From the NCBI GenBank assembly GCA_023515725.1, contig JALDTO010000155.1, positions 717,147-781,146 of the forward strand: 64,000 bases of DNA, in the 5' to 3' direction. A program made the position numbers and the translations under genes. Position 1 is the stretch's first letter. Every line of letters starts with the position of its first letter. Of this stretch, positions 1 to 14,027 are shown piece by piece. Under the pieces are notes generated by a model that was given only the letters and a program-made list of their open reading frames with translations, was not told where the DNA came from and did not search any database. The stretch is from Amoeboaphelidium protococcarum X5. Lineage: Eukaryota; Fungi; Aphelidiomycota.

Positions 1-63
1 TATTTTCTCACTTGTTTAATTATTTAGATAGATAATCAAGTTTATACTTTCTTAAAGGATAAA

Positions 64-1050
64 ATGATATCACCATTGAGTGGAGTTAAAAGTTAATTGA
101 TGATTGCTGCACCGGCTGAGAGCAAGTCCAATGCGCCACCATCTGGATATGATCTTTATGCTAGATTTGCGTTCGCTGGTGCTGTATGCTGCTCTGTTAC
201 TCACGGAGCACTTACTCCTGTCGATGTGGTCAAGACCCGTATTTAGCTGGATCCTGAGAAGTACAACAGAGGTATGGTGACTGCTTTTAGAACTGTGATC
301 AAGGAGGAGGGAGCTGGTGCTTTACTGACTGGCTTCGGACCTACCGCTTTCGGTTACTTTTTGCAGGGTGCATTCAAGTTTGGTGGTTATGAGTTCTGGA
401 AGAAGACTATGGTTGAGGCTATGGGTGTGGAGAATGCTGTCAATTACAGAACTCCAATTTACTTGGCTTCTTCTGCTATTGCTGAATTCTTTGCCGATAT
501 TGCTCTGTGTCCACTGGAGGCTACCCGTATCCGTCTGGTGTCGCAGCCTTCTTTCGCCAATGGTCTAATTGGTGGGTTTATGCGTCTGCTGAGAGAGGAG
601 GGTGTCGTGCGTGGATTTTACTCTGGATTTGGTCCAATTCTTTTCAAGCAGGTGCCTTATACCATGACCAAGTTTGCCGTGTATGAAGTGGCAGCTGAGA
701 AGATTTACCATATCATCAATGTTCCAAAGGAGAAGTTGAGTACGTCCACCATCACTGCAGTCAATCTGGGAAGTGGTATCATTGCCGGTGTCTGTGCCGC
801 CATCATATCCCAGCCTGCTGATACTCTACTATCCAAGATCAACAAGTAGAAGGGTGACTCTAGACCAGTGTCCACTCGTCTGATTGAGATGGCCAAGAAG
901 TTGGGAACTCGCGGTCTATTCGGTGGTCTGGTTGCGCGTATTGTCATGGTTGGCTCACTGACTGCCTTCCAGTTTGCCATTTATGGTGACATTAAGAGAA
1001 TGCTTGGTGCCACTAACGGTGTGGAAATTGCCAAAATTAAGAAGAATTGA
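64..1050 (+). CDS. MIR1: Mitochondrial phosphate carrier
   Basis: Single table-6 ORF from ATG64 to TGA1050. Motifs [24 protein letters not shown](TAG=Q)[14 protein letters not shown] and [12 protein letters not shown] are the three carrier repeats. Confidence 0.95.
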
Positions 1051-1441
1051 TTAAACATTTTTCACTAATTGGTCTCAAATTGAAAGCCTATTAAATATAA
1101 ACTTGAGGGTGCTATTGTTATTTCGCTCTGGCGCAATTTTATCGAAGTTTATGGCCAGTGATCACGAATGAATTATTTATTTACCATTTTACGTGTTGTC
1201 AGAATGCAATTAATCTGATTCAGCTATACTAAAATTACCGATACAATTGAAGTACAATACCTGAATGTTCAGAGCCATCGTCTTCGTTCCATCGCCTTCC
1301 GCCTTCGATTGGCGATCAGAGCAGAGATTTCCTTTTCCGCTTTCCAATCTTTGTGTAAGATCGTGCTCAGTAAACTTGTGTTTTGTTCCTTTCCTTTGGT
1401 GAGGAGTAATCGGTGGTGTGAACAGTCATCTCAAGGTGTAG

Positions 1442-4021
1442 ATGAGTATGAATGGTACTATTTTAAGTGAGGATACTGATAATGAGAATTTTTACGATGC
1501 TCAAGAGGATTTCTCAGAGGTGGTGTTGAAGGCTTTCCCTCCTCAGTAACCAGTTGATGATGGACGAGGTTCTATGATGAGAACACCATCCATAGTGGTT
1601 ACAGATGACAACAATGTCAGTACTTCACCCGCTATAGACACTCTTCCGAGATAGAATGCACAGGATAAATAGCCTGCTGCAGTTATTGATGATGTTACTT
1701 AAGAGTTGACGCAATTGGATGTTTTGAGTAGCAATAAATCTTCTAAAATGCTGGAACCAGTGGATCAGGTAATGGTGAAAGATTTGGATTCTGGGTAGTT
1801 GTTAGATGCCGATGCTTTACATGAAGAGTATAAACTGAAAAGTCGACTTGGTAATAATCCTCTCAATCAGCTGATTATCTAAAGATCCGGTTAGAGTGCT
1901 GTTGATTTGGCATCTGATGACAGCGATGAAGAGTAGAATGGTAGTAATAATAATAACTCTTAGTAAGCGCAACTTTAAGTAGGTGCTCAGTAGTAGAATA
2001 GAAATAGAGCCAATTCAGTGGGAAAGTAATTGAATAAATCTGCCACTAAAACTAAAGAGTTCTTCTCCAGTCTCAAGCGTAAAGTCTCCAACACCTTAAA
2101 GAATCAAGGCTATGGATCAGACACCTCTACAGTGGATACAGAGTTTACCACCTCGACATTCAATCCATCACGGTACGTGAAGATGAAGTCTAAGCATGTG
2201 AAGATGAGATAATTCAACCGATTGGTAATGGTGCAAGAGTTGGTGAAGGGGATGCCTTAGACTGGAATATCCGTTAAATTGAAGTAGTCCTCATCTTAAT
2301 CATAATTATAACAGGCTTAGTTGAACGCTAATTAGGACTAAAATTTGTAGAATGGTCAGCAGTCTTAGTAGTAGAATCAATCGGATTAATCTTAGTAGGA
2401 GTAGACGACATAGGAGGATGAAGCTGACAGTTGTCGAGGTCCTATCTGGGCTATGAAGTTTAATCGTGATGGTCGATACTTGGCCACTGGTGGATAAGAT
2501 GCCGTGCTTAGAGTATGGTCACTTGTGACTAATATAGATGGTGATGTGAACGAGTAGTAAGAGTCATAGTCGTCGTCGTAAATATAGAATGGAGATAATA
2601 CGTTTGCGAGACAAGAGACTGTGGATAGTAAAGTGAATATGATGTCTAGCAGTAGCACGGGTTTTATGAAGAGCATTTTCAAGCCATAGCCTCATCGAGT
2701 GTATAAAGGACATACTGCGGACATTCTTGACATTTCCTGGTCCAAGAATGATTTCCTCTTGTCATCTTCAATGGATAAGACTGTGAGAGTGTGGCACATA
2801 TCTCGACTTGAGTGTTTATGCGTATTCCAACACACTGATTATGTGACATCTATTGCGTTCCATCCGAAAGATGATAGATTCTTCTTGGCTGGTTGTCTGG
2901 ATTGCCGCGTTAGATTGTGGAATATTCCAGAGAAGAAGGTTATGTATTGGAATGAGCTGCCCGAGGTGCACTCCTTGATTACTGCTGTCGGTTTCACCAA
3001 TGATGGCAAGACGGTGATTGCTGGCAGTTATTTGGGTGCTTGTGTCTTCTTTGAAGTGGAAGGATTAAAGTATCATACTCAAGTTCATGCTCGCAGTACT
3101 CGAGGTAAGAATTCTCGTGGTGAAAAGATTACCGGCATCGAGTGTATGCCTAATTAGCCACCAGGTGAAGAGAAGGTGATGATAACATCTAATGACTCTC
3201 GTATTAGAATTTACAACTTGCGCGATAAGTCTTTATTTTGCAAGTACAAAGGCCTGTCTAATTATAGCAGCTAGATTAAGGCGACATTTAGTGATGATGC
3301 GCGTTATATCATTTCTGGATCTGAGGATAATTACGCTTATATCTGGGAGACATTCCCGGATTAGTAAGGTATAAATGGTAATGGTATGGGTGGTGGTGGT
3401 GGCTCACTATTCTCTTCACACGCCAATCCTAATGCCAGCAAGTCTAATACCAGTCTTAATTCTGGTGGAAGTAAGACAAACACGAATGGTGGTGGCGGTG
3501 GATCTTCGTTTATGCATAACTTCTCATCCATTGGACAGTCAAGGCGAGACAGAAATAATAGATATGAAGCCTTCGCCGCACATGATAGTATCGTGACTTG
3601 TGCAATGTTCGTCCCCTCTAGGATAGTGTAAAAGTTGGAAGAGGCTGGTGCAGTTTAGGGACTTGATCAGTTTAATCCTCAGCAGTAGATGGAGCAGAGT
3701 CAAATGTCATCTTAAGCGTCTTAAAGAGTGCCACAACAGTATCGTCTTGCGGATGGGAGACTGATCATCACGGCGGATTACAATGGATGTGTTCGCATTT
3801 ATGAAAATGAAAGATTTGGCACTTAATCTGGTGTCAACTAGAGCTCTATGAGTACATTTGGTAGCCTGAGGCCTGGTTCTATATTTGGATAATAGTAGTA
3901 ATAGAAGAATGGACCGTAGACAGTTACAAAGTTGTCCTAAAGTGTTGCCGCTAATTCTAACACTAGTCTCTCGTCCCTTCCCAAAGTCTCCGAGATGACT
4001 CAGTAGTAGCAGCAGTAATGA
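1442..4021 (+). CDS. WD40 repeat protein, WDR44/YMR102C-like
   Basis: Continuous table-6 ORF. GPIWAMKFNRDGRYLATGG, YKGHTADILDISWSKNDFLLSSSMDKTVRVWH, ITSNDSRIRIY and QIKATFSDDARYIISGSED are WDR44 hallmarks. PolyQ tracts are written in TAA/TAG. Confidence 0.88.
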
Positions 4022-4364
4022 GTTTGAAAGTAGATCGTGTACCAGAGTGAATTGTAATTATATTCATACATTTTACTTTTGACTGCGTTACTTTTATATC
4101 CAGCAATGTGTTCATTAGATGGCACCTCCGAATAGTATCAGCACTTGAGACTCACTTCATCGTGTGGCTTTTTGGCGCGCGAACTTTCCATCGCTTCTCG
4201 CTCTTTCTTCGCTCCGTCGCCTTTCCGATCGGTCGCTCTTTTTGGTTTCTCGTTCCCTTCTTTTCTTCGCTCACCACAACACATAACAAAGTGCAGTCCC
4301 ATATTAGCAAACCCTGTCCCTCTCAAAATATAGAGTTCAATTATTAATTGGTGATTTATAAGAA

Positions 4365-7300
4365 ATGGATGTTAATTCTGCTGCATTTTGGATTGCAAAA
4401 CTGCAATAGAAATTGAGTGCACAGCCGTTCCAGAAATTGAATCAAGTGGAGGCGTAAGCCATGGTGAATGTGGTGCATCAGTTGAAATAGAATCCATTGA
4501 CTGCTCATTCTACCGATTACCTTCTTCTACTGGAGTTGGTCAAGTAGTATTAGGCTGCCTTGATGCTACGTAATTAATAGAATTAGATTCTCGCAGCTGG
4601 TTAATAGTAGATTCCTCTCCAATAGTAGTAATAGTAGATGGCTCATCATCTTGTTTAGTAGTAGTAATAGTAGTAGTAGTAGTAGCAATAGTAATAGCTA
4701 TAATAGCAAACTTCTGCTTCATCTCCTACTGCATCTGTCGCACCCAGTACGGATGGTGGTAAAGTTTAACCTGCGTCGTTTAATCCAACCAAAGTTGCGT
4801 TTAATGATATGTAAGCTAAATTGCTCAAGCTGCAGATTGCCGCATATCGTTACTTGTCCAAAAATGTTCCCGTTCCCGCGCAGATATTGGCTGCTATTGC
4901 TACGCTGGAGAAGTAGCTCTCTGAAGATGGTGCTGCCTCTGTCGATACATTTACTTAATCGACTTTGGAGTTTGCATAAAAGTTTCAGAATGCTAAAAAT
5001 CAGTATGATAAGCAGCAAGTAGTTGAGGAGTAGAATGGAGGCGCAGACTCGGAGAATCCGTAGCATGAAGCGTATAAGCACTTGGTCAATGGTGAAAAGT
5101 TATCTAATCAGCGTCTGCTTGTACCATCCATAATGCCTGCCGGCTTAGATCCATTAACGTTGCGTAATGAACGCGAAAGTAGAATCAAGAGTAGAATAGC
5201 GCAACGTATTCAAGAGTTGGAGTCTATGCCATTGGATGATTTGCCTGATGGAGTCTCTGGTGACAATCAACAGGGCGATGACACATCCAGCTCTCGCTTG
5301 AATGCTATAATCGAGTTGAAGTCGCTGCGCCTATTGGAAAAGTAGAAGGCCTTACGCGCACAGATTCTATCAACTTATAATCAGCAGACGTCGCTGTAGA
5401 CTGCGTTATCTCGTCATGATTACCGCAGAGCTAAGAAGACATCTGTGCGTGAGATCCGCGTCACTGAGAAGATGGAAAGATAGCAGCGTGTAGAGAGAGA
5501 GAAGAAGGAGAAGTAGAAGCACTATGATTATCTCAACTCGGTCTGCACTTGGGGCAAGGAGATGCTGGCTAATAGGAAAGCTCTGTCGGCAAAGTAGATG
5601 AAGCTTGGTCGTGCAGTCCTGCACTGGCATACCAATGTTGAGAAGGAGGAAGCCAAGAAGTAGGAGAGATTGGCCAAGGAGCGTATCAAGGCTTTGAAGG
5701 CTGATGATGAAGAGGCTTACTTGAAGTTGTTGGACAAGTAGAAGGATACTCGTTTGACGCATCTGCTATCGTAGACGGACTCCTACTTGGACACGTTATC
5801 CACTCTGGTCCAGGCTCAGCAGGATCATATTGCATCTCAAGAGTAACAATCTTCTCTTCCACCTGCTAAGCCTACCGACTTTGGTATGGGACAAGATGAG
5901 GCTATCGACAAGTAGGATTATTATAGTATGTCGCATCGTATCAGAGAGCCAGTGACACAATAGCCAAGTATAATGGTTGGCGGTACTTTGAAAGAGTACC
6001 AGTTGAAAGGGTTAGAGTGGATGGTGTCTCTGTACAATAACAAGTTGAATGGTATTCTGGCTGATGAGATGGGTTTGGGTAAGACTATCCAGACCATCTC
6101 TTTGATTTCATTTCTGATTGAAAAGAAGAATTAAAATGGACCGTATTTGGTTATTGTGCCGCTATCTACTATAACTAATTGGTCGATGGAGTTTGAAAAA
6201 TGGGCACCATCTATTGTGAAGGTGGTGTATAAAGGGAGCCAGTAGTAGAGAAAGAGTATTCAAGCCAGTGAGTTGAGACATAGTAATTTCAATGTTCTGT
6301 TGACAACGTATGAGTATATCATCAAAGACAAAAGTGTATTGGGCAAGTACAAATGGGTGTACACTATTATCGATGAAGGTCACAGAATGAAGAATGCTCA
6401 TAGCAAATTGTCAATTACCTTGACTTAATTCTATTCATCCAGATATCGTTTGATTTTGACTGGAACTCCACTGTAAAATAATCTACCTGAATTATGGGCT
6501 CTATTGAACTTTGTGCTGCCAAAGGTTTTCAACTCTGTAAAGACGTTTGACGACTGGTTCAATACTCCGTTTGCCAACACTGGTGAGAAGATTGAGCTGA
6601 ATGAGGAAGAGCAGCTGCTGATCATTAAGCGTTTGCACAAGGTGCTTCGTCCGTTCTTACTCCGCCGTCTGAAGAAGGATGTGGAGTCTGACTTGCCGGA
6701 TAAGACTGAGCGTATTTTGAAAACTAACTTATCGGCATTGTAGTAGAAATTGTATAGCCAGGTGCGTCAATCTGGTGCTATGATGATTTCTTCCGGTGGC
6801 AATGGTAAGAAAGTGGGTGTTCGTAGTATTAATAATACGGTGATGTAGTTAAGAAAGATTTGTAACCATCCGTTTGTATTTGAGGAGGTTGAGGATGCTA
6901 TTAATCCATCAAGACTGACTAATGATTTCATCTACCGTACTAGTGGCAAGTTTGAATTACTTAATCGTATTTTGCCCAAGTTCAAGGCCACTAACCATCG
7001 TATTTTGATATTCTTTTAGATGACGCACGTGATGGACATTATGGAAGACTTTTTGAGACTTCGCGGCTTCAAGTATTTGCGTCTAGACGGTTCCACCAAG
7101 TCTGAGGACCGTTCTGCTCTGTTAAAGTTGTACAATGCGCCTGATTCTGATTACTTCATATTTATTCTGAGTACTAGAGCTGGTGGCTTGGGGTTGAATC
7201 TGCAATCTGCTGATACTGTGATCATATTTGACTCTGATTGGAATCCTACTCAAGATCTCTAGGCTCAGGATAGAGCTCACAGAATTGGTTAGACGAAAGA

Positions 7301-8042
7301 AGTTCGTGTTTTCCGTCTGATCACAGCAAATAGTATTGAGGAATCTATTCTTGCTCGTGCTCAGTATAAAATGGATTTGGATGGTAAGATTATCCAGGCT
7401 GGTAAGTTTGACAATAAGTCTAGTAATGAAGAGCGTGATGCTGCTCTGAGATCTCTGTTCGAGAATGATCCAGAGAATATGAACGATGTTAACGACGTTG
7501 AGGATGAGGATGAACTGAATGAAATAATATCTCGTTCTGACTAAGAATTGGAGCTGTTCAAGAAGATGGATGCTCAGACAGACAAGGAGAACTAGTAGAG
7601 TTGGAGAAGTATGGGTGGATCTGGCTCGTATCCGCGTCTGATGGCATTGGATGAGCTTCCAGAGATTTACTTGCATGATTTCATACCCGTGGCTGAAGAT
7701 GATGATGCAGCAGATTTGAGCCGTGGGCGCCGTGCAAAGTCTGGCATCATGTACAACGATGGTCTGACTGATGATCAGTGGGCTCGTGCTATTGACAAGG
7801 AGCAGGACATTGATGAAGTGATTTAGCAGAAGAAGACTCGCGGCGGTAAAAGAGGTAGAAAGCCCAAGTAGTCTTTGACTGCGGCTGCGAGCAATAACAA
7901 CAACGGTTCCGATGATGAATCCCTGGTTGAAGCTGCTTAGAATGCGGCGACTACGCCTCGATCCATAAGATTGCGCATCCAAAGAATCATATTACTAGAC
8001 AGCAGGAAGAGTCGGTTCATCCAATCGCGGATACATTAATGA
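4365..8042 (+). CDS. SNF2: SWI/SNF or RSC catalytic ATPase (Snf2/Sth1 family); no C-terminal bromodomain seen
   Basis: QLQ-like ([22 protein letters not shown]), HSA ([19 protein letters not shown]), [45 protein letters not shown], (TAG=Q)AQDRAHRIG(TAG=Q) and SnAC ([12 protein letters not shown]). First in-frame TGA is at 8040-8042. Confidence 0.92.
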
Positions 8043-8903
8043 CTATCGATGACTTTACTAGGCCTATTACTACTATTATTATTATTACTATAATGCCAAT
8101 TAAGAATCAGGAATATCATCCAAAATTCTGCCGCGATAATCAGGATCCAGCTCTTCATAAACAACTTCCTATTACTATTGAGGCTGTGACTTTACAGACA
8201 AATCTTGAACAGTTTCATACTCAACATACTCTTGCTAGTGGTTGATGTTGGGTCCAGTGTATGGCTGCATCGGGATCATTGGATAACCTTGAATGGCTGG
8301 CAGAGTTGGCTGCTTCAAATTAGGTGCCGATGGCACAGGGCCATTCGCATAACCACCTCCATACTGTGCATTTGGATCTGCGTAATACACAGGAGGCGTG
8401 TTCTGAGGCTAAACGCGTCCAGCGTAGTTAGATTTCCGTCTACGCTAACTTCCCAATAGGATACATGAGAACAGAATCACGGCGAATTCAATAGCACACA
8501 TTATAAACAGAAGTACATAGACCGGCACAGAGGCTCTTGTACCAATAGCAGACCAGAAAGCATCATCAGGCCGCAGAGCTTGTGTGTATACCGTGGCAGC
8601 CAAAACAACCTGCGCCACGAAAATAGTGATAACTACAGCCAGATAGGTGATAAGGAGACACTTATTACCCATACACAATCCACAAAATCCAAGAAATCCA
8701 GTACATGCAACTATCAATCCCAATGCAATTAATGCCCACAATATAGCAGTCTATCCTCCCTATGAACGAATCTGGCCGGTTAAATTTAGAATGTACGCAA
8801 CCAAGAAACCAGCTGCAATGGCCAGACCTGCTATGGTGAATACGATATTTATAATATGAAGTAGAAATGAGGCCAACCTATTTTATGAAGCTGCAATCGC
8901 CAT
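7980..8903 (-). CDS. Tetraspanin-like 4-TM membrane protein with Pro/Gln/Tyr-rich tail; 3' end undefined
   Basis: ATG at 8903. MAIAASQNRLASFLLHIINIVFTIAGLAIAAG...LGLIVACTGFLGFCGLCMGNKCLLITY matches the tetraspanin TM2 GFLGCCG..ENKCLL-type pattern. There is no in-frame TGA until 6909-6911, so the 7980 boundary is approximate. Confidence 0.65.
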
Positions 8904-9511
8904 TATACTTTCCACGAGTTTAAACTATATTATATCGACTATTTAATATAAAAGGGTAGGACTTGAAGATAAATACAATAAAATCAGTCCAGTTGATAAA
9001 TGAGTGAAGCAATCAGAAACGAAAGAGATCACAAATGGTTCAAAGAGGCCGATTGACTGATTGGAGCGCGTTTCAAAAATTGCCAAGACCTGACCAATCA
9101 CTATAAACCTTTTAGTAGTTTTGGCTCTTGAAATGACACACACACTCTCACCTTTTGAAAGCGGAAAGATGGATTATTATTATTATTATTATTACAAATT
9201 TAATTGGGATAAAAAAATAATGTATAATAATCATTAATTTCAAGACTTTAATCGTAGCGGTTGAAGAGTGTTCAAGCAGTGTAGGAATCTGAACAGGAGA
9301 ACTGCTAATTATTGAGTATATTTCCTTCACTTTCAATTGGCACCTGTCTTTTACTCAGCACCAGCAGTACAGTAGCTAGGTAGATGATCCATTGTTTGCT
9401 GGAAACGCAGGTCAAGGCTGACTTGTAACTTATTAAGTTGAGCATGATCTGCTCTCACCTTGTCAATTTACGCAATTGACTATTCACCGTGTGGATATGC
9501 TTCGGCTCTTA

Positions 9512-10051
9512 TCAGTGGGAACAAAGTTACATACAGTCGAAAGTCACCTATTACTTAGTCTTTATGTTCTAATAACTGTAGCAATCCCAGATCGGATGCA
9601 ATAGCATTTAACTCATCAGGATCAATGGTCCTTCTAACAAAATTTACCAAATGAACACCCATGTGGTAGAATTCAGAATCCATTCCTCTGATGATATCCA
9701 ATACATCATTGCAGTCATATACATGAAGCCTTGCATACCAAAATTGGAATAGATACTGTATACCGCAATTTCAGGAACCATGGCCCATTATATAAATTAA
9801 TCAATATTACTAGCAGCGTGATCGATCGCTGCTAGATTTAGTTATAATGGGACATGGCAAAAACTGTTGAGATATAACAGATGACTGAAGAATTCATATT
9901 TGACAGCATATGCCAAATACAGAATATCTTCAGTAGTTCCGCGAATCTCAAATGCCAATAATAATTCTAACAGTTTTATTTCGAGCAATGCAGAAGGCGC
10001 AAGCTGTAGAAATGTACTAACTGTATACGCAGTGTAGCTTTTGTCTGTCAT
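9512..10051 (-). pseudogene. Hypothetical ORF or gene relic
   Basis: 180-codon table-6 ORF. An overlapping frame (FWYARLHVYDCNDVLDII...) continues to TGA at 9333 and looks equally protein-like, suggesting a frameshift. No recognisable domain. Confidence 0.3.
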
Positions 10052-10432
10052 TCAAGGATCAATAGTAATTAAAGTGGAACATTAATCTACTTGCGAAAAA
10101 AATATTATTTTCCAGCTTCGGTTCAGGGGCAGACGTTCGGAACATCACTTCCAATTAAAGTTATCCCAACCATCTTTTAGAAGATTATGCATATAATAAC
10201 GCTTAATTGTTTACAACATCATGTTAACCATTGACAAGAGCTGTTCCCGGACTTGATTTTTTAAGATTTCGCTTCAAGTTTTATTTCCATGGGAACGCGA
10301 AATACCAGGAAGGGATGTACAAAGAGAAATCCAATTATTTAGTTATCATTCGAACCAGTTGCGATCTTTTCATCTGGAGATAGCCATTGATACAACTTGC
10401 CATCTTGATCATGTTTGGATTTCCAAACACCT

Positions 10433-10819
10433 TCAACGTATTGGATCCATCATTATAGCAACTCCATACGGGTGGGGCCTCACACTCCTTGATATTTTCA
10501 ATACTTTCAACTTCTGCATTAGCTGCGTAGGAAGATCTCTTACCTACTCGTAGAACAGTTTATTCTGCTGTCTAATTGGATTCAGACTGATCTAGAGACT
10601 TCTTCCATTTTCACCGACGTTCACATATTTGACTTTGCCAATGCAGGTTAAACAGGCACCATACTGTTCATGATCTAATAAAAGAAATTTCTTATCTTTC
10701 TGCGTCCAGTGTACGGAGTCGACACCGAAGCCCAAAATATCAACATTTATACTTTAAAAGTCATCAACAACGTGCTCAGCAGGTTCCTCATCCACTTTTC
10801 TCTTGCTATCGTTAGGCAT
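10433..10819 (-). CDS. Hypothetical protein (128 aa), possibly frameshift-truncated
   Basis: MPNDSKRKVDEEPAEHVVDDF... open in table 6. A protein-like continuation exists in another frame. No known motif. Confidence 0.3.
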
Positions 10820-11445
10820 TTTGATACTTTCACTAAATTGGACCGTAAACTAATTGTTCAGACTATTAGTAAATAGGATAGAAACTTCTCCTAGTATATA
10901 TATACTGCAATCGAATTTCAACCGAGAAATTCTTAGCCAAGTTATCAATCTCTCTAAAGTTTTCTGTCTCAGCAGCTTTAGCATTAACACTTGGAGAAGA
11001 CAAAATCATCTACTATCAGAACCAACAGTACGAAAACTTTTTTGAGACTTCACGAAGAAAAGATGCGGTTCAACAGGTGCTTTTTTATCAATCCGACAGC
11101 TTTAAATGCCTTAAAGACTTCGTCGTTCCACAGCTTGGGAGCATTTATCAATTCATACGCAGAAGTGACTCGCAAAGTTGTCAATACATTGTAACGAACA
11201 TTTCCTCATATTCTCATTCGTACGTCTGTATCACCTGGCGAGCCTGGTACTTTTATTCAATCTTTTATTCAAATCTTAAAGAGTAATCTATCATTAATTA
11301 ATCCTATTTTCTCCAGTAGTTAATTAAGAAGTATATTTATTATTTGAGTATTATTTTCGTCCAGGCCTACAACCACACGGCGGATCTTAGTGATCTCCTA
11401 TTTCAATGAAAAGAATAAAAATTGCGATTTCTAATACAAAAAGCC

Positions 11446-12435
11446 ATGAAGTGTGTAAAGTGCGACGGTAAAGCTAAACTGAAACGACCCAAGACAGCGG
11501 AGCCTTATTGTGACTAGTGCTTCTTTGTGGATTTTGAGCAGGAGATTCATGATACTATTGTGAGTAATGCGATCTTTGGTAGAGGCAAGAGCTATGTGAT
11601 AGGAATGTCTGGCGGTAAAGATTCCACCGTGTTGGCGTATGTTCTAGATAAATTGAATCGAGAGCATGATTATGGTGTAAATCTATTGCTAGTTGCTGTA
11701 GATGAAGGCATTAAGGGATATCGAGATGATAGTCTGGAATCTGTCAAGAGAAATCAAGAGCGATTGCAGTTGCCTCTGAAAATTGTCTCTTACTCTGAAC
11801 TTTATGAAGGATGGACCATGGACAAGATTGTGCAATAGATTGGACTGAAAAATAACTGTACATTCTGTGGTGTATTCAGGCGTCAGGCTCTTGAGAAAGG
11901 AGCTATTTTGTTTGCCGACTAGCTGAATGACACTGTAGATGGTATCATTACTGGTCATAATGCGGATGATATGGCGGAGACTGTGTTGATGAATATATTT
12001 CGCGGTGATATTACGCGTCTGCAATAGTGTACTCACATATCAACCAATGTAGAGGCCAATAGCTCTACCATACGGCGAATAAAGCCACTCAAGTACGCGT
12101 ATGAAAAAGAGATTGTGTTGTATGCACATTACAAGCAGCTTGACTACTTCTCAACTGAATGTATCTACAGTCCGAATGCTTTCAGAGGTAATGCACGCAC
12201 GTTCCTGAAAGATTTGGAGAGAATTCGACCAACTGCTATTCTGGACATTATTCGTAGTGGAGAGTAGATGGAGCAGATGCTTATTGCTAATCAGAAGATG
12301 CATTAAAAGTCTTCCGATGGTAATAAGTCGGCACCGGTTAGCAAGTTGAGGACCTGTTCTCGCTGTGGAATGATTGCCAGTAATGAAATATGCAAAGCAT
12401 GCATGTTATTGGAATCTCTACGCAATGGATAGTGA
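11446..12435 (+). CDS. NCS6: Cytoplasmic tRNA 2-thiolation protein 1
   Basis: N-terminal CxxC...CxxC, PP-loop [63 protein letters not shown] and C-terminal CSRCG...CKAC. Confidence 0.95.
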
Positions 12436-12470
12436 TATTTAAAAAAAGATATATCTTTGCGTTGCAAGTA

Positions 12471-13670
12471 TCATTCCACTTCACCTTCTTCTTCAATGTA
12501 TGGACTTGGCAATTAGATTTTGATAGTTTTGAGAATATTAAACATTTAAGATCCGGCCAGATGTGATTAGAACACACCTTCAAGCGTACTTCTTATATCT
12601 GCGTTAGAGTAGACTTCTTTCAAAATCTTAACACCTTCTTCATAATCATCATACGTGATATTGAGTACTTTGCACCATTGTTGTGCCAGATGGAGACCAA
12701 AAGCTTTGATTAAGCTAACAGCGCTTTCTTCAATAGGAATTGCCAGTTCACCGGTATCAGCACCATCAGTAGGGGCGATGATCTATGAAGACATGTGTAC
12801 TATCTGAGTAACTAATCTAGATTGAGCGAGTATCAGAGCTGTACATGCAATTACATAAGGCTAAAATCTACAAATCACTGGTGTCCTCAGGAAATCTGAT
12901 ACAAAAGTCCACGTAGTCTTCTATAGCTAGTAGTGCCAACCCACATGTTCATCCAACTATTACAAGAGACCGGCATTCGAGACGCGCTCAACCAAAAACT
13001 CAATGTATCCATGAGGATAACCCATACCGCTACTGTCGTGTCCATTAACTTTTTTTTAAAAAGTAACTCGATATATACCTGAAGAATCCGATGTATCAAC
13101 ATTTAAGCTCATCTTCTCAGTCAATGGCACGTTCAACTCACCTCGCATCATTCCAAACTCACAAAAACTCACGCCCAGAACATCCGCCACAATAACATCT
13201 TCTACGCGCAATAACACTTCCATCCATTTCCTGAATTCATTCTACGACTGCACATCACCTGGCTGAATACGAAAATGTTCCTTCTTCAGAGCCACGCGGC
13301 ACACGGCCGTAACGAAATCTTCAGCACGCCGTATAGACTCTTCCAACTTGCACGCGATAAATAATGCTGCAGCGCCTATTTCATAGATATGATACATTTT
13401 GAAAATGTCCTCGCTTTAGCTATTCTTAGAGCTACGATCATTCCTATCTAATCTCTAGAGCGAAAGGTGAACATAGAACTAGTGCAGAATATAACAAGCA
13501 GTAGAGTAAGTATAAGTCGGAACGCGCAATTTCAAGCCCACCTATAGCATGAATAATGAAGCTTTCGCATGATTATAAAGTACAATCTTTCTTCTTAGAC
13601 TACTGGCATCAGTATCCTATGACCCATTTTAAAGATGATTTACAAATTCTGAATAGGTCCACAACTTCAT
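12471..13670 (-). CDS. Transcriptional cyclin (cyclin K/T/L-like)
   Basis: 400-codon table-6 ORF. Cyclin box FMLQVGLKLRVPTYTYSTACYILHQFY...IGAAALFIACKLEESIRR and second box TWTFVSDFLRTPVICRFQPYVIACTAL. Confidence 0.8.
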
Positions 13671-14027
13671 ATTTAGCTAGTTTCCTTATCAACAGTGATC
13701 AAAAGAGGAATAGCAGTACGTTTTGATGAGCGAATATTTGACGCGTATTATTGTAGAGTACAACCGAGAATTTAGACTTGAATAAAGTGCGAAAACAGTA
13801 TTTATTATTTAGAGTGAAATTAAAATCGATAGCTCTATTAATTTCACTATTATAACTCGCTGCACATAATGCTCGGTACATGATTAAAATAATAGGAACA
13901 TCCGTGTTTCAAACAAGGTAAAATTAACGGGTGAGCCAGATTCAGCATAATCAAGCCAATTTATTATGACACAATCCATGATATAGTAAATGTAATTGCA
14001 CGTTTATACATATAAAGATTAACATTA

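Noticed and set aside
4620-4705. (TAG/TAA)n microsatellite or multiple stop signals
   Set aside because: It is an in-frame polyglutamine tract of SNF2; the same holds for similar tracts in the WDR44-like, tetraspanin and S6K-like genes.
7122-7982. 286-aa minus-strand ORF as an independent gene
   Set aside because: It is the codon-aligned antisense of SNF2 with typical antisense composition; it matters only as the run-on of the tetraspanin frame.
9810-9835. Helitron 3' terminus
   Set aside because: CTAG is part of the stem rather than 8-12 nt downstream, and no Rep/helicase remnant was seen.
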